Origin: Alphaproteobacteria bacterium
Lineage (GTDB): Bacteria; Pseudomonadota; Alphaproteobacteria; RF32; CAG-239
Length of the DNA stretch: 64,000 nt
Assembly: GCA_017475705.1 (NCBI GenBank)
Contig: JAFVFB010000034.1
Span: 1,074-65,073 of the forward strand
Direction: 5' to 3'
Each line of letters opens with the position of its first letter. The stretch's first letter is position 1. The notes beneath the pieces are model-generated. The model was not told the DNA's origin. It made no database searches and was given only the letters and a program-made list of their open reading frames with translations. Made by a program: the position numbers and the translations under genes. Shown in pieces: positions 62,577 to 64,000 of this stretch.

Positions 62577-64000
62577 ATGTTGTTGAAACGGTTTCTTTTT
62601 TGTTTTTTATTAGTGGTGACGGATTTATTTGCTGCTACTTCTTTAGGGCAGGCTCTTCCGTTTGCAGATTATGTTTATCAGAATGTACGGCAGGGGAAAA
62701 TTGCTGCTGTACAATCTTATTTGGATAAAGGATATCGGATTGATGCCGTTAATCATCAGGGAAAGACGGCATTGTGTCTGGCAGCTGAAAACCAAGATTA
62801 TGCAAGTTATCGAAAGTTGATACGTATGGGTGCTTCAGTGCACCATAATTGTATGTCTGAGGTTGATATGCGGACTTTCTCTTCTTATGGCGGGCAATCT
62901 GGTCAAGCCTTGGCTCGTACGGCGAAAGCAGGTACAGGTCAAATCAGTTTGTCAGATCATACTACAGCTTATGTCGTTGGGGGTGTTTTAGCGGCTGGTG
63001 CTGTCGCAGCAGTGGCACTTTCTGGTGGTGGAGGCGGTGGACACCATAGCCACTCTGCTGGAGGTGATTCTGGTAAGGAAGAGATAATAGAGTGCCCGAC
63101 TGGTACAAAACTTGAGGGCAATGAGTGCGTGGCGATAGAGTGTCCGACCGGTACAAAACTTGAGGGTAACGAGTGCGTGGCGATAAAATGCCCTAGAAAT
63201 ACACATTTAGTCGGAAATTTATGTGTTGCTGATGAAAATATAGATATTAATGAGCAAAGTGATGAGCCTTTATATGGTATTGCTTCTGAGGCAGAAAGTA
63301 TCTATAATTTGTATTCTTCACCTAGTTATCCTGATGATGAGGATACCATTGTTCTGAAAAATAAAGGTGATGGCGATGTTTTTGGCTTGTATGGGTATAG
63401 CGGTGAAGTTTTTAATTCTTATGTTATCGGATATAGTGAAAATAAAGAGCATATCAATGAGAAACCTATCGGGACAGGAACGATTAAAATACAAGATGAT
63501 GGTCGTGGAACAGTGTATGGGATGTATTCACATATTGCCGATATTACGCAATATAAAGAAGCTATTAATGCGGCAGGCTGGAATGAGGGGACAGCCTATG
63601 GAAATATTGATATTACACATGTTGGCGGTGGAGCAACATATGGATTAGCTGGTGATGTGCGTGCGTATAATGCGTATGCGGCCTATGGTGGAAAGTCCTA
63701 TGGACAAATCAAAATTAAAGGAGATGGCGACATATATGGTATCCATGGGTATGTGGCGGCCACTAATGCCGTTTCTCCGTGGTATGGTAAGGATGTTAAA
63801 GGAAGTATTGAAATTACCAGTGAGGGAGATGGTGATATTTATGGTATGATGATTAATAAAGATGATATTCCTGGTGCTGGTGCCGGTTCTGGTAATTTGG
63901 CAAGTTGGTTTGCCTTTAATGCTTATACAGCAGGAGGTGATGTTGAAGCGGATATAAATATTCATAATACTGGTGATGGCAATGTTTATGGTATGTACGG
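62577..64000 (+). CDS. Secreted or surface repeat protein (5' part, 474 codons in window, continues beyond 64000). It has an ankyrin-like segment, three Cys repeats and a reiterated GDGD(I/V)YGM motif.
   Basis: From the ATG at 62577 I read MLLKRFLFCFLLVVTDLFAATSLGQA (signal-like). Then come GKTALCLAAENQDYASYRKLIRMGASV (ankyrin-like) and AYVVGGVLAAGAVAAVALSGGGGGGHH. These are followed by ECPTGTKLEGNECVAI x2 plus KCPRNTHLVGNLCVAD. Motifs GDGDVFGLYGY, GRGTVYGMY, GDGDIYGIHGY, GDGDIYGMM and GDGNVYGMY follow, with no stop to the window end. It is not in the ORF track because it has no stop in the window. Confidence 0.75.
   Translation, partial: MLLKRFLFCFLLVVTDLFAATSLGQALPFADYVYQNVRQGKIAAVQSYLDKGYRIDAVNHQGKTALCLAAENQDYASYRKLIRMGASVHHNCMSEVDMRTFSSYGGQSGQALARTAKAGTGQISLSDHTTAYVVGGVLAAGAVAAVALSGGGGGGHHSHSAGGDSGKEEIIECPTGTKLEGNECVAIECPTGTKLEGNECVAIKCPRNTHLVGNLCVADENIDINEQSDEPLYGIASEAESIYNLYSSPSYPDDEDTIVLKNKGDGDVFGLYGYSGEVFNSYVIGYSENKEHINEKPIGTGTIKIQDDGRGTVYGMYSHIADITQYKEAINAAGWNEGTAYGNIDITHVGGGATYGLAGDVRAYNAYAAYGGKSYGQIKIKGDGDIYGIHGYVAATNAVSPWYGKDVKGSIEITSEGDGDIYGMMINKDDIPGAGAGSGNLASWFAFNAYTAGGDVEADINIHNTGDGNVYGMY
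63090..63233 (+). repeat. 3 x 48-bp in-frame tandem repeat encoding xCPxxTxLxGNxCVAx
   Basis: 63090-63137 and 63138-63185 differ only at a few synonymous positions (tgc/tgt, act/acc, ggc/ggt, aat/aac). 63186-63233 is a diverged third unit that keeps both Cys residues. Confidence 0.9.

Overview
This is an AT-rich bacterial chromosome segment, most likely from an alphaproteobacterium. The lineage call rests on a CckA-like hybrid kinase, an Hda-like protein, a MipZ-like protein, an ATP12-like protein, yebC-ruvC, rplY-pth-ychF and AsmA, and it is an inference. The core is housekeeping: rplU-rpmA-obg-rsfS, a 21-gene S10/spc ribosomal-protein cluster (rpsJ to rplO), groES-groEL, rpsO-pnp, truB, mutL, trxB, rarA, pgm, pfk, pssA, adk, ychF and pth, plus tRNA-Trp, tRNA-Leu and tRNA-His. 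Both window edges carry large surface-protein genes that the ORF track does not list, because neither has a stop codon inside the window. (1) On the minus strand, 10303 down to 1 reads as 3434 codons with no stop. It encodes a signal-peptide-bearing giant protein with Pmp-type GGA[ILV]/FxxN repeats and at least five reiterated super-modules. (2) On the plus strand, 62577 to 64000 encodes a secreted protein with an ankyrin-like segment, three tandem 16-aa Cys repeats and a reiterated GDGD(I/V)YGM motif. Other notable points follow. A roughly 118-bp hairpin-forming repeat family occurs as three tandem copies at 32801-33145 and a fourth copy at 59197-59310, with compensatory stem changes between copies. 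The fourth copy sits where the spc operon stops after rplO, and secY, adk and the alpha operon are absent there. ruvC carries an in-frame TAA. A decayed tRNA-Trp copy lies next to the intact tRNA-Trp. Several genes look eroded or degenerate: a half DEAD-box protein, an ATP12-like C-terminal half, a MipZ-like protein with a broken Walker A motif, and a short L25. Together these suggest reductive, host-associated genome evolution, which is an inference. No CRISPR array, rRNA, transposase or integrase was seen. All calls come from reading the sequence and the ORF translations by eye, with no database search.
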